This document shows, one piece after another, positions 38,932-48,359 of a DNA stretch of 64,000 nucleotides. A program made the translations under genes and the position numbers. Under the pieces are notes generated by a model. It made no database searches. It was not told the DNA's origin and saw only the letters and a list, made by a program, of their open reading frames with translations. Source of the DNA: an uncultured Gammaproteobacteria bacterium (lineage in GTDB: Bacteria > Patescibacteriota > Microgenomatia > Levybacterales > UBA12049); NCBI GenBank assembly GCA_964507055.1, contig CAZDOJ010000001.1:273313-337312 (forward strand), written 5' to 3'. Position 1 is the first letter of the stretch; each line of letters opens with the position of its first letter.

Positions 38932-39456
38932 TTAGCTAATAATGGGTATTATCTTTCTCGAGATTTCTATGGGTGACAATGTACTCGTATCTAATGAGAT
39001 CTGCTCGCTAAAATCAATTCTCTCATAAGATTCAGGATATTTTTCTGTCCATTGTTGCAAACGTTCGGTTGAGCTAATTTTATTCATAGTTTTACGCGAT
39101 TCATTATTAATTCTGCTCTTTAATTCTTCCACAGAAGCAGTGAGTTGGATTAGAATACACTTTCCTTTACCCGATTCAACAACTTGTAACATTTGTCTGT
39201 AAAACGCTTCATTGTCTCTCATAATGACACCTGTAGCAATAAGATCTACATTTGCTTTTACAGCTTCTTCTACTATTCTCAAGCGAAATTCTTTTTCTAG
39301 TTTTTTTCTTGCAGGATGATCAAATCCAAATATGCCGCTTAGTGCATTCAGTATAATATGGTTGTGGAAGAGTGTAATGCCAGTAGTCTTTGCAAGTTCA
39401 TTTGAAACAGTATACTTACCCGTAGCAGGTGCACCGTAAATGAGGATAAACTTCAT
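38932..39456 (-). CDS. P-loop ATPase / nucleotide-kinase-like protein (AAA_33-like)
   Basis: Walker A motif GAPATGKYT at residues 8-16; 174 aa. Confidence 0.6.
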   Translation of the reverse strand: MKFILIYGAPATGKYTVSNELAKTTGITLFHNHIILNALSGIFGFDHPARKKLEKEFRLRIVEEAVKANVDLIATGVIMRDNEAFYRQMLQVVESGKGKCILIQLTASVEELKSRINNESRKTMNKISSTERLQQWTEKYPESYERIDFSEQISLDTSTLSPIEISRKIIPIIS

Positions 39457-39470
39457 GTATTCTGATTATA

Positions 39471-40763
39471 TCAGACTCCTTTCTGTTTGTTTTTGAATTG
39501 AAACTCAAATTCTCTATCAGGTCTTACAAGTGTAAATCTTAATTTCGGTATTGGATCGTTCAGACATGAAATATCATCTGTACTTTCAAGTAGCGCTGGC
39601 ACATATTCTTTATGTATAGCTTGAGTTAAATGCTTGCCAAAGCATCTTCTTAGTCCAGGACTAAATTGAAGGTCATAATTACTTCGCTGGCTTGAGGTAG
39701 GATCGTCTTGGTCAGGAAATGTAAATAATGGAACTGCTAAGAGAGAATCAACGGGCATTACACCTGTAGAAATTTCCCAGGGCTGAGTGGTTCTACGCAA
39801 AATAAAAGTTGATGTTGGATTTTTAGCTGCTGATCTTTCTAGAAACTGTCTGCATAAAGCTGGAAAATCTTCAGTTCCTAATGCACTTCGTAGTTGCTCC
39901 TGACTTGTTTTATCTTTGGCCAAATTGTATGTAATCCATTCCAATGATGTTGCAAGTTCACCTTGTCCTGTAATTGTTCCTCTAAAAGTTTCCATAACTT
40001 GATCCTCTGCTTGTGTATCCAGTACCTGTGTAAGCACCCCTTCTGTTCCCTGATCGACTGCTCTTGTGACTACTTGATCTAATACATCTGTGTATGGTTC
40101 TATTCTTTTCTCTGCAAAGCGTCTTATTGAACCAATATTGCCCGTTTTAAAAACAAGTAATGGACTAGTTATATAGTAACTGTTAAAGCTATCAATAATT
40201 TTGTCAGCCTCCTCAACAGGTAAGTGCTGTCCAAGGTATGTACCGAGAATTGCTCGTGCTGCAAATCTTCTAAATAGCCGAGAAGAGGGGACATCGCCAT
40301 GTGCTAATTCTTCTGTTAATCTTTCTGTTGCAGTTCCTACAGCATCTTCTACAATAGCTTCATGTATCTTTAGATTTCTAGGTGAAACTGAGGGTGAAAG
40401 TTCAGCACGTGCATCCCTCCATTCCTCAAGTGTTGAGTTATCTTGTATAACTCCGCCTTGAGTAGCAATCATAAATCTTTTTTCTCCTGCAGGCATGACC
40501 ACTCCTTCAAAATCCGTCATGAGTACTTTTTTCGCGAGGGTTCTTGAAGTTACAAGGTATGATTGCCGAAAACCTGGAACGGAGATAGGAAGTCTCATTA
40601 AATCTGCTTGTTCTCCTACTTCTTCAACCAGTTGCTTCCATGGTTCAAGTTTCAGTGTCCTTGGAAATTGAGGATTTGATTGACCAAGATGTAGTATGCT
40701 TTTCGTTATTTCGTAAGTACTGGGCGTATAAACTTCTGGTGCATTTTGTCTTTCTGTAGCCAT
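39471..40763 (-). CDS. cytochrome P450
   Basis: Heme-binding loop FSPGLRRCFGKHL (FxxGxRxCxG) and the ETFRG (ExxR) motif. The ORF extends to 40838, but the MATERQ start at 40763 avoids overlap with the divergent PLD gene. Confidence 0.8.
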   Translation of the reverse strand: MATERQNAPEVYTPSTYEITKSILHLGQSNPQFPRTLKLEPWKQLVEEVGEQADLMRLPISVPGFRQSYLVTSRTLAKKVLMTDFEGVVMPAGEKRFMIATQGGVIQDNSTLEEWRDARAELSPSVSPRNLKIHEAIVEDAVGTATERLTEELAHGDVPSSRLFRRFAARAILGTYLGQHLPVEEADKIIDSFNSYYITSPLLVFKTGNIGSIRRFAEKRIEPYTDVLDQVVTRAVDQGTEGVLTQVLDTQAEDQVMETFRGTITGQGELATSLEWITYNLAKDKTSQEQLRSALGTEDFPALCRQFLERSAAKNPTSTFILRRTTQPWEISTGVMPVDSLLAVPLFTFPDQDDPTSSQRSNYDLQFSPGLRRCFGKHLTQAIHKEYVPALLESTDDISCLNDPIPKLRFTLVRPDREFEFQFKNKQKGV

Positions 40764-40839
40764 AACTGGAACAGAATTATACCATAGGATATAGCAAGTG
40801 TTGCTATATCCTACAGAATTTTTTATAATCCCTTTCATG

Positions 40840-41994
40840 GAAAGGCCTCAATTAAGAAAAGATATTCCTCTATCGGAGAGAGGTGTTACACAAGGATCTG
40901 AAGTTACTCTCTTAAATGATGTGCAGTATAAAGATCAACTCAGACTTCTTATCCCTCAAGCAAAAAAAAGAGTTTGGATACAAACAATGACTTTTGATGG
41001 GAATGGCAACTTTCCTGAGTTTCAAGCTTTGTTTGGAGAAACGGCAGAAAGAGGTATTGATACACGATTTACGGTAGACGCTTTCTACAGAATGCATTTA
41101 GCCGATTCTCTTTATTACCAACCTCATTTATCAAGACGCAGGCGAGAAGAAGTACGTGATTCAAAAAAAGGCAAAGAAAATGCATTAGCTGAACTTGAAG
41201 AACGTGGTGTGCAAGTTATTGAAACAAATCCTCCAAGAGGTGTCTTAGAAAAACTTAACCCTGCACGAGGAAGAAACCATAGAAAAATGGCGGTTATCGA
41301 TGATGTTGTATTTGTTGGAGATCAACATCATTTCGTAGAACATAGCCAACCTGGAACGATGACACGTGTAACTGATCCCTTACTTGTCGATGGGCTTGCA
41401 GATATTTATGAATCAGCTAGTAAAGGGCCTGGTGGTGAGGATTACGAATTAGCTGGTTCTGGTTATACTGCTCTTCTTGTAGATGCAGGTGTTCCTGGAA
41501 GGTCACTTATTATGAAACGTGCCAAAGCTGCGATAGAAGGTGCACAACGAAGTGTGGTTATGACAAACCAACATACTTCTGATGGTGAATTAGTAATGGC
41601 AATGCAGGCAGTGCAAGATAGCGGAGCTTCTGGAAAGATGATTGTTGGTGATCCAAATTTATTAGATTTTCCTTTATCTTGGATGTTTGATACGAAGAGT
41701 CAGTTGCAGTCAAGAAGAGATGGCATAACTATCCCCACATACGAAAATCCTGTATGGATACACTCTAATTTACTTTTAGTAGATGAAGGTCTTCCTTCCG
41801 CGCAAGTCTTTATGGGTACACGATGTTATTCAGATATGATTACGAATTGGGGGTCTCAAGAGGTTGCCTTACAATCCACAAACACTGAATTCGTGGGTCA
41901 GGTGGGAGCTCAATTGCGTAGATTAGAAGATGAGTCAAGATTGCGAAAACCAGACAGAACAGTACGAGAAATTGTATTTAGCAGAGGTGCCTAA
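40840..41994 (+). CDS. phospholipase-D-superfamily protein (one canonical and one degenerate HKD motif)
   Basis: NHRKMAVIDD matches HxKx4D. The second copy, WIHSNLLLVDE, has N in place of K. The start is taken at MERPQLRK. Confidence 0.7.
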   Translation, partial: ERPQLRKDIPLSERGVTQGSEVTLLNDVQYKDQLRLLIPQAKKRVWIQTMTFDGNGNFPEFQALFGETAERGIDTRFTVDAFYRMHLADSLYYQPHLSRRRREEVRDSKKGKENALAELEERGVQVIETNPPRGVLEKLNPARGRNHRKMAVIDDVVFVGDQHHFVEHSQPGTMTRVTDPLLVDGLADIYESASKGPGGEDYELAGSGYTALLVDAGVPGRSLIMKRAKAAIEGAQRSVVMTNQHTSDGELVMAMQAVQDSGASGKMIVGDPNLLDFPLSWMFDTKSQLQSRRDGITIPTYENPVWIHSNLLLVDEGLPSAQVFMGTRCYSDMITNWGSQEVALQSTNTEFVGQVGAQLRRLEDESRLRKPDRTVREIVFSRGA

Positions 41995-42018
41995 TCAAAT
42001 TTTTGCTATAATTGTAGG

Positions 42019-42813
42019 ATGAGTAAGACAAAACAACTAAAAATAAGTTCCTCAATTACTGATTTTGCGCCATTATTTCTCGATTTGGAATACATGTTTA
42101 AAGGCCTCAAGAATGCAGGTGTTGATGGTGTAGAACTTGTGGTTGGTTTAAAATCACGTTGGTCAGTTGATAGAATAAAACATCTTTCAAAGAAATATAA
42201 GCTACCAGTTACGAGTATTCATCAGCCTGTATGGGGTGGATTGGGATTATCTTTTGATGAAGGGTTTTTCGATATAGCAAAACAGCTCGCTGTTAAGAAA
42301 GTGGTTTGTCATCCAATTCCAAGGTACTCACTCAAAGAAAAACCAATGCAGGATTATCTCAAAAGACTTTCTCGTATAAAAAAGAACACTGGAATCGACA
42401 TTCTCTTGGAAAATCTTTCTCCAAATTATGATAATAAGCTTGTGGATCCTTTTTTCCCGCTGGGTAAGGATACTGGAAATATGCAAGAAATATACTCCGC
42501 AGCTAGAGAACATAATCTTAATGTAACCTTAGATATTGATCATCTTTCAAAAGAAAAGCCGCATAAAGAAAAATGGATGAAGGAAATAGTACCTTATATT
42601 GGCAATGTACATTTAAGTAGCTTTACATCAACTGAGCATCATATGCCTTTATACATGGGAAACTTTAAAGCGAAAGAGTTTATTCAGTACCTAGAGAAAC
42701 AGAATTATAAAGGATTACTAACATTTGAGATTTACTATCCTAGCTTTCTCAAGCCCTTTGGATATGATTTTGATGCAATAAGAAAATCAGTCCAACTTCT
42801 TAAGCAAAACTAG
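42019..42813 (+). CDS. xylose-isomerase-like TIM-barrel protein (paralogue of 27145-27930)
   Basis: Motifs shared with the paralogue: DFAPLF, KSRWS, HQPVW, DEGFF, VVCHP, LENL, TLDIDHL, HKEKW, IGNxHLSSF and YKGLLTFEI. Confidence 0.6.
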   Translation: MSKTKQLKISSSITDFAPLFLDLEYMFKGLKNAGVDGVELVVGLKSRWSVDRIKHLSKKYKLPVTSIHQPVWGGLGLSFDEGFFDIAKQLAVKKVVCHPIPRYSLKEKPMQDYLKRLSRIKKNTGIDILLENLSPNYDNKLVDPFFPLGKDTGNMQEIYSAAREHNLNVTLDIDHLSKEKPHKEKWMKEIVPYIGNVHLSSFTSTEHHMPLYMGNFKAKEFIQYLEKQNYKGLLTFEIYYPSFLKPFGYDFDAIRKSVQLLKQN

Positions 42814-42878
42814 CTGTCAATTTAATTGACATTACCCTCATTGCAATCTCAACACTTTTTTTTTAAAATGACCCCACT

Positions 42879-44141
42879 ATGTTTGACGTTGCTAAATTCC
42901 GACAACTGTTCCCAGCATTAAAAGAAAATGAAAGTAAGAAACCTCCCATCTTTCTTGATGCAGTAGGAGGCACCCAAGTGCCACAGACCGTTATTGACGC
43001 TGTTACAGATCACTTAATTACCAAAAATGGTAATAAAGGTGGAGTATTTCCTACAAGCGTAAAAACAGATGAAATGATGGAGGAGACTCGGAAAATTGTA
43101 GCAGAATTTATTAACGCTCCAGATTCGAATGAAATCATATTTGGCCCAAACTTTACTACTTTAACATTCAGTATTAGTCGTTCATTGGCAAAAACATGGG
43201 AAAAGGGTGATGAAATTATCCTTAGCCGACTTGATCATGATGCAAATGTTTCCCCATGGGTACTTGCCGCTGAAGATACAGGTGTAGTTGTCCGATACAT
43301 GGATATTGACGATAATACATGCCAAATAAATTTAGACAGCTACAAAAACGTGCTTTCAGAAAAGACAAAACTCGTTGCCTTCTGTGCGGCATCAAGTTCT
43401 GTTGGTACTAGAACTGATGTAAAAACAATAGCAAGAATGGCACATGAAGTAGGTGCTTTGGTTTATGTCGATGCAGTTGCATATGCACCTCACGATTCGA
43501 TAGATGTACAAGAATGGGAAGCTGACTTTGTTGGTTGCTCTAGTTATAAATTCTTTGGTCCTCACGTTGGACTATTGTGGGGGAAAAGGCAGTATCTTGA
43601 AGCGCTCCCTGCTTATAAAATACGGCCTGCACCTAATGAAATTCCTGTAAAATGGATGAACGGTGCGCAATCATTTGAAATTGTTACTGGAGCAAAAGCG
43701 GCAATTGAATATCTTGCTTATGTAGGTAAAGAAAATCCATCTTTTAGAGATTACTATCCTCAGTTTACAGGGAGACAACTAGACATTCATGCTGGTATGT
43801 CCGCAATAGCAGAATATGAGTCTTCACTAACATGGAGGTTTATTAAGGAAATTAAAAAGCGTCCACGGTATACACTGTGGGGAGTAAGTGAAGAAAAGGA
43901 CAAAATGTGGAGAGTACCAACGATTGCAATCTCATTGGGAAATGAACAGTCAGATAAGATTGCTAAATATCTCGCAGAAAATAATATATACATTTGGAGT
44001 AGAAGTGTTTACTCTATCTCATTATCTGAACGATTAGGGCTTGAGAAGACAGGTGGATTTATACGTGTAGGATTTGCCCATTACAATACAAATGAAGAAG
44101 TAGATACTTTGCTTGAAAAACTAGACCAGTATCAGGTTTAA
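42879..44141 (+). CDS. class-V aminotransferase / cysteine-desulfurase-like PLP enzyme
   Basis: PLP-lysine motif GCSSYKFFGPHVG in a typical fold-type I layout; 420 aa. Confidence 0.75.
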   Translation: MFDVAKFRQLFPALKENESKKPPIFLDAVGGTQVPQTVIDAVTDHLITKNGNKGGVFPTSVKTDEMMEETRKIVAEFINAPDSNEIIFGPNFTTLTFSISRSLAKTWEKGDEIILSRLDHDANVSPWVLAAEDTGVVVRYMDIDDNTCQINLDSYKNVLSEKTKLVAFCAASSSVGTRTDVKTIARMAHEVGALVYVDAVAYAPHDSIDVQEWEADFVGCSSYKFFGPHVGLLWGKRQYLEALPAYKIRPAPNEIPVKWMNGAQSFEIVTGAKAAIEYLAYVGKENPSFRDYYPQFTGRQLDIHAGMSAIAEYESSLTWRFIKEIKKRPRYTLWGVSEEKDKMWRVPTIAISLGNEQSDKIAKYLAENNIYIWSRSVYSISLSERLGLEKTGGFIRVGFAHYNTNEEVDTLLEKLDQYQV

Positions 44142-44174
44142 ACTTTCTCAACTTCTTATTGGCATCTCCCCCAG

Positions 44175-44819
44175 CTATAATTTCTGAATCATCGCTATAC
44201 TTACATGTTTCAATGAGGAAACAATTTTAGTAGCTGGATAGTCGCCCTTGATGTCTGCTACAAGGCCAATAGACTTCATATTAGCTGCGGTAGCTCCAAT
44301 CATGCCACTTCGGCCGTCTTCAATAACAATAGCCTCTTCAGGTCGAACTCCAAGCCGTTTTGCTGCAAGAAGAAATATATCAGGCGCAGGTTTACCATGT
44401 GTTACTTCATATGATGATACAAGGGTATCAAAATACTTTCTGATATTGAGTGCATCCATAACTTCATCTATAAAGTCTTTGGTTGATGCTGATGCTATTG
44501 CAAGTTTGAACCTGTTATTCTTGAGTTCTTTTATCAAAGCTATTGCATAAGGGATCGCAGTAAGCCTTCCTTTTGTAACTTTTTCCATGAGCTCCCATTT
44601 CTTATACAGAATATCAGGGGTCGAATACTCAGTCACTCCATGCTTCTCAAAAATCTCTGCAAACATCTTTTCATCAGGAACGCCAGCATATACGGCAGAA
44701 ATTTCTTCAGGTTTCATGGCAATCCCATATTCCTTTAAGAGCATGCTTTCAATCTCCCCATGAAAACTTTGAGTATCAGATACGACACCGTCCATATCAA
44801 AGATCACAGCTTTTATCAT
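44175..44819 (-). CDS. HAD-family hydrolase (beta-phosphoglucomutase-like subfamily)
   Basis: Motif I VIFDMDGVV, with motif III/IV K ... EDGRSG. Confidence 0.8.
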   Translation of the reverse strand: MIKAVIFDMDGVVSDTQSFHGEIESMLLKEYGIAMKPEEISAVYAGVPDEKMFAEIFEKHGVTEYSTPDILYKKWELMEKVTKGRLTAIPYAIALIKELKNNRFKLAIASASTKDFIDEVMDALNIRKYFDTLVSSYEVTHGKPAPDIFLLAAKRLGVRPEEAIVIEDGRSGMIGATAANMKSIGLVADIKGDYPATKIVSSLKHVSIAMIQKL

Positions 44820-44875
44820 TAACAGATTATAACAAAGTTATGGTGTATTTTAATGGAGTTGGAAGAAGAATGGTG

Positions 44876-44927
44876 ATAAAATCCGTCTCCTTGTATGAAG
44901 GATGTTCCGCACAGAAACTATCAAAAG
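44876..44927 (+). repeat. direct repeat DR-B (52 nt), copy of 38822-38873
   Basis: See DR-A. It is located 49 nt downstream of the truncated integrase ORF. Confidence 0.75.
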
Positions 44928-44975
44928 TTAGTGTAATGCTAGCAATAAATCCGTAGAAATCCTGTGGACAATAGC

Positions 44976-45302
44976 TTATACCCAATGTGATCTATCATAA
45001 AAATGTTCTTTTATGTGCATACGTAACGACTCTATATCACGATCATAAAGAAAAGCTATAAATGCTCGTAGGTTTTTAATAATGTTTACTTTGCTGTGGG
45101 GTTTAGTCCAACCATTGGCATACATATGCAACGCATATTGCCTACAACTATCAAGTGTAAATGGCTTACCATTTAGGAATGGCAATAACTTATCAAGAAT
45201 ATCTTTCTTGTTACGAACAGTTTTGGGGCTAAGACCCTTTTCTGCAGAATAATTGATTATAAAATCGTCGTAAGCGTGCTGAAGTGATTTTCCCTGCAAC
45301 AT
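44976..45302 (-). pseudogene. tyrosine-recombinase (phage integrase) N-terminal SAM-like/core-binding domain only; the catalytic domain is missing
   Basis: 108 aa: LSPKTVRNKKDILDKLLPFL ... FTLDSCRQYALHMYANGWTKPHSKVNIIKNLRAFIAFLYDRDI is a typical XerC/D-type N-domain. No RHRY catalytic domain follows, and the tRNA-Gly gene lies 146 nt upstream. Confidence 0.55.
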
Positions 45303-45448
45303 AAGAACTCCTTTTGAGTTCTCGCACGTAGGGTTTCCCTATCTTTATTATCTTTCCTGTTTTAGGATACGCAAGCGGGGTAACTATTTTGTTACACTCG
45401 GGGCAGAAAATGTGTTCAACTAATTACCCGATTAGAGTATCTTAGTAT

Positions 45449-45520
45449 GAGCGGGCGATGGGAATCGAACCCACTACCTTCTCCTTGGCAAGGAGACGTT
45501 CTACCGATGAACTACGCCCG
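45449..45520 (-). tRNA. tRNA-Gly (anticodon GCC)
   Basis: GCGGGCGTAGTTCATCGGTAGAACGTCTCCTTGCCAAGGAGAAGGTAGTGGGTTCGATTCCCATCGCCCGCT, with a U discriminator base. Confidence 0.9.
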
Positions 45521-45574
45521 CAATATAGTGAATTATACCAAAATCCCCTTTTTTCCTCAACTCATCATAAAATA

Positions 45575-46996
45575 TCAGACTTTATCAAAAGATTTAAGGT
45601 CTCCCCATTCCTTCCCTACTTTCACATCAACTGTCGTTGGGACGGAGAGTGGATAGACAGATGTCATCACATTTTGGATTTCTTTGATGATGTCGGATTC
45701 AAGTTTCTCATCTGGTATTTCAAAAACTAAATCGTCGTGAATCGTCAAGAGTAATGCGACTTCAGGATGTTTGGTAAGGATTTCATTATGCACATCCACC
45801 ATAACCTTCTTCATAAAGTCCGCTGCTGTTCCTTGGATTGGATAGTTCATCAGAACTCTTCGCATACTATTATCGATGAACTTTCTTTTGGGATCTTCAA
45901 AGACATATCTTCTTCGTCCGAGGATTGTTTCGACAGTCCCGTGAATCTTGGCATGTTTTAAATACATATCATAGAAATTTCGGATATTTGGATAAGATGC
46001 ATAAAATTGTTTGATGAATTGATCTGCTGCTTCTTGTGGGATATTGAGTCCGGCACTCATGCCGTAACTACTCATACCATAGATGATACCGAAGTTAATC
46101 GTCTTTCCAATATGTCTTTGTTCTTTGGTTACTTCGTCATAATCCGTCGTAAACAATTTGCTCGCAGTCAGTGTGTGCACATCTTGCCCATCTGCAAAGG
46201 CTTTAATGAGTGCTTTTTCATCAGACAAATGAGCAAGGATTCTCAATTCCTGTTGAGAATAATCAAATGACACAAATGTATGATCAGGTTTTGCAATAAA
46301 ACATGATTTAATAGCTTGTCCCATTTCTGATGTCACCGGGATGTTCTGGAGATTTGGATTTAATGACGCAAGTCGACCAGTATTGACCATGACTTGATTG
46401 TAGGTCGTGTGTATCAATCCGTCTTCGCTGACTTTTTGGATCAGGCTTTCGACGTACGTCGAGCGGAGTTTACTCAATTCCCGATGTTTCAATAAATTAT
46501 GAATGATATCAAATTGGTCTGCAAATTTTGAAAGCTCTGCTTCATTGGTTGCGTACTTTCCTGTTTTGGTCAAACTCAATGGAACTCCCATTTTCTCAGC
46601 AAGAAATGTCCCTAGTTGTAGCGGCGATTTGAGATTGATTCCTCCACCTGTTTCCTTGGCAATATCTTCTTCAAGTTCGACTAATAAACTATCAATTTTT
46701 TCTCCAACCGATTGTAGTTTCTTCACATCCAAAATGATTCCATGCTTTTCCATCCCACGGAGTACTTTTGCCAGTGGCAACTCGATTTCAAAATAAAGCT
46801 TTTCAAGTTTGGGGAGTTCTTTTAATGCGACTTGTTGTTTCTTTGCGAGTTCATCAAGGGTTTTGGCATCGTATTTTTTTAGGGTCTCTTCTTTACTTTT
46901 TAATCCATAACCTTCAAGTAAAAGTGCTTCAGCGATGTAGCAATCAAAGACATCATCAAATTCTTCTGCGGATTTACAATCCCATATTGCTTTCAT
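45575..46996 (-). CDS. polA: DNA polymerase I, polymerase (family A) domain only (473 aa)
   Basis: Motif A DYSQQELR, motif B RHIGKTINFGIIYG and motif C TIHDDLVFE. No 5'-3' exonuclease domain is encoded upstream. Confidence 0.9.
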   Translation of the reverse strand: MKAIWDCKSAEEFDDVFDCYIAEALLLEGYGLKSKEETLKKYDAKTLDELAKKQQVALKELPKLEKLYFEIELPLAKVLRGMEKHGIILDVKKLQSVGEKIDSLLVELEEDIAKETGGGINLKSPLQLGTFLAEKMGVPLSLTKTGKYATNEAELSKFADQFDIIHNLLKHRELSKLRSTYVESLIQKVSEDGLIHTTYNQVMVNTGRLASLNPNLQNIPVTSEMGQAIKSCFIAKPDHTFVSFDYSQQELRILAHLSDEKALIKAFADGQDVHTLTASKLFTTDYDEVTKEQRHIGKTINFGIIYGMSSYGMSAGLNIPQEAADQFIKQFYASYPNIRNFYDMYLKHAKIHGTVETILGRRRYVFEDPKRKFIDNSMRRVLMNYPIQGTAADFMKKVMVDVHNEILTKHPEVALLLTIHDDLVFEIPDEKLESDIIKEIQNVMTSVYPLSVPTTVDVKVGKEWGDLKSFDKV

Positions 46997-47117
46997 TGGG
47001 ATTATTATACTCTTTTATAGTGAGATTGCTACATCACTTCGTTCTTCGTAAAGACAAGGAATTTTCTTACCAAACTCTGCATTGAATTGCTTCGTAAGAA
47101 TTGGTATTGTTTAACTA

Positions 47118-47534
47118 GTGAATTTTCTATTTTATCTCAAACTTTTTGTTGCTTCACTTATCGTTTTCCTCGGTGTAGATTTTGTTTGGCTAAGCTTTGT
47201 TGCTACGACCTTTTATAAAGAGCAAATTGGCTTCCTTCTTTCGACCCAACCAAATGTTGCAGCAGCTGGTGTTTTCTATGCGATTTATGTCGCAGGACTG
47301 CTTTACTTTGTTGTGCTTCCTGCACTTAAAGTGAAGAACAGTCATGCAGGAATTGTAGGATTTGCGGGAGCGTTCTTTGGATTTGTTGCATATGCAACCT
47401 ATGAACTTACTAATTTTGCTACAGTAGCGAATTGGCCTTTCCAACTTGTGATCGTTGATCTGATCTGGGGTACTGTCCTTTCAGCAGTAACTGCTTGGGC
47501 TGCATTTATGATCGGGAGAAAATTACTCTCATGA
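47118..47534 (+). CDS. polytopic membrane protein (DUF2177-like)
   Basis: 138 aa with four hydrophobic segments. Confidence 0.45.
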   Translation: MNFLFYLKLFVASLIVFLGVDFVWLSFVATTFYKEQIGFLLSTQPNVAAAGVFYAIYVAGLLYFVVLPALKVKNSHAGIVGFAGAFFGFVAYATYELTNFATVANWPFQLVIVDLIWGTVLSAVTAWAAFMIGRKLLS

Positions 47535-48307
47535 CATTCTTCACAATATTTGGTTTCACTACTCTTATTGTCTTAGTCTTTATGACTTTGGCTTTTGGTA
47601 TTTCCATACTTCGTAAAAGAAATGACTTTGCAGACATTGCTTGGGGGTTAGGTTTTATTGTCGTCGCTGTATCGACATTATTTTTGAGCGGAACATATTA
47701 TGAGAAACAATTACTTGTAACTGCTTTGGTTGCATTGTGGGGTTTGCGATTATCCGGGCATATTTATCTTCGTAATCGTGGCCGTAAGGAAGATCATCGA
47801 TATGAAGATATGAAAAAGAAATGGAAAGGTAATTTCTACGTCCAATCCTATCTCAATGTTTTCTTGACACAGGGTTTACTCATGTTATTAATTAGTATTC
47901 CTGTGATTTTTATCAACTCCAGCTCCGACGCTGGTTTTCAGTTATTGGATGGCTTGGCTGTGATTATCTGGTTCATCGGATTCTACTTTGAAGCAAATGG
48001 TGATTATGAACTTTCAGAATTTGTCAAAAATCCTGATAATAAAGGTCATGTGATGCAAGATGGGTTATGGAAATATACCCGTCATCCAAATTATTTTGGA
48101 GAAGTGACACAGTGGTGGGGAATTTTTCTGATTGCTGTGAGTTTGCCAAACGGTGTATTTACAATTATTGGACCGTTGGTTATTACTATTTTGATAACAA
48201 AAGTTTCAGGTATTCCTCTTCTTGAGAAGAAATATGCAGGACGTCCTGAGTGGGAAGATTATAAAAGAAGAACAAGTATATTTTTCCCAATGCCTCCAAA
48301 GAAATAA
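47495..48307 (+). CDS. DUF1295 / steroid-5-alpha-reductase-like membrane protein
   Basis: C-terminal YTRHPNYFGE ... WWG signature. Confidence 0.6.
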   Translation: MGCIYDREKITLMTFFTIFGFTTLIVLVFMTLAFGISILRKRNDFADIAWGLGFIVVAVSTLFLSGTYYEKQLLVTALVALWGLRLSGHIYLRNRGRKEDHRYEDMKKKWKGNFYVQSYLNVFLTQGLLMLLISIPVIFINSSSDAGFQLLDGLAVIIWFIGFYFEANGDYELSEFVKNPDNKGHVMQDGLWKYTRHPNYFGEVTQWWGIFLIAVSLPNGVFTIIGPLVITILITKVSGIPLLEKKYAGRPEWEDYKRRTSIFFPMPPKK

Positions 48308-48359
48308 ATATTCTATTCTTACATAATCCTTAATTATTGCCGAGTATAGTTTAATATGT

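Larger units (their letters stand above)
38840..45446. mobile_element. putative degenerate integrative genomic island at tRNA-Gly (about 6.6 kb)
   Basis: It is bounded by the intact tRNA-Gly plus an integrase N-terminal remnant on the right, and by the displaced tRNA 3' half with its native terminator on the left. An internal direct repeat is present, and the cargo is metabolic (P450, PLD, class-V aminotransferase, HAD, TIM-barrel, P-loop ATPase). Confidence 0.55.

Noticed and set aside
45447-45730. Plus-strand ORFs of 69 aa and 90 aa
   Set aside because: They overlap tRNA-Gly(GCC) and the 3' end of polA and are spurious.
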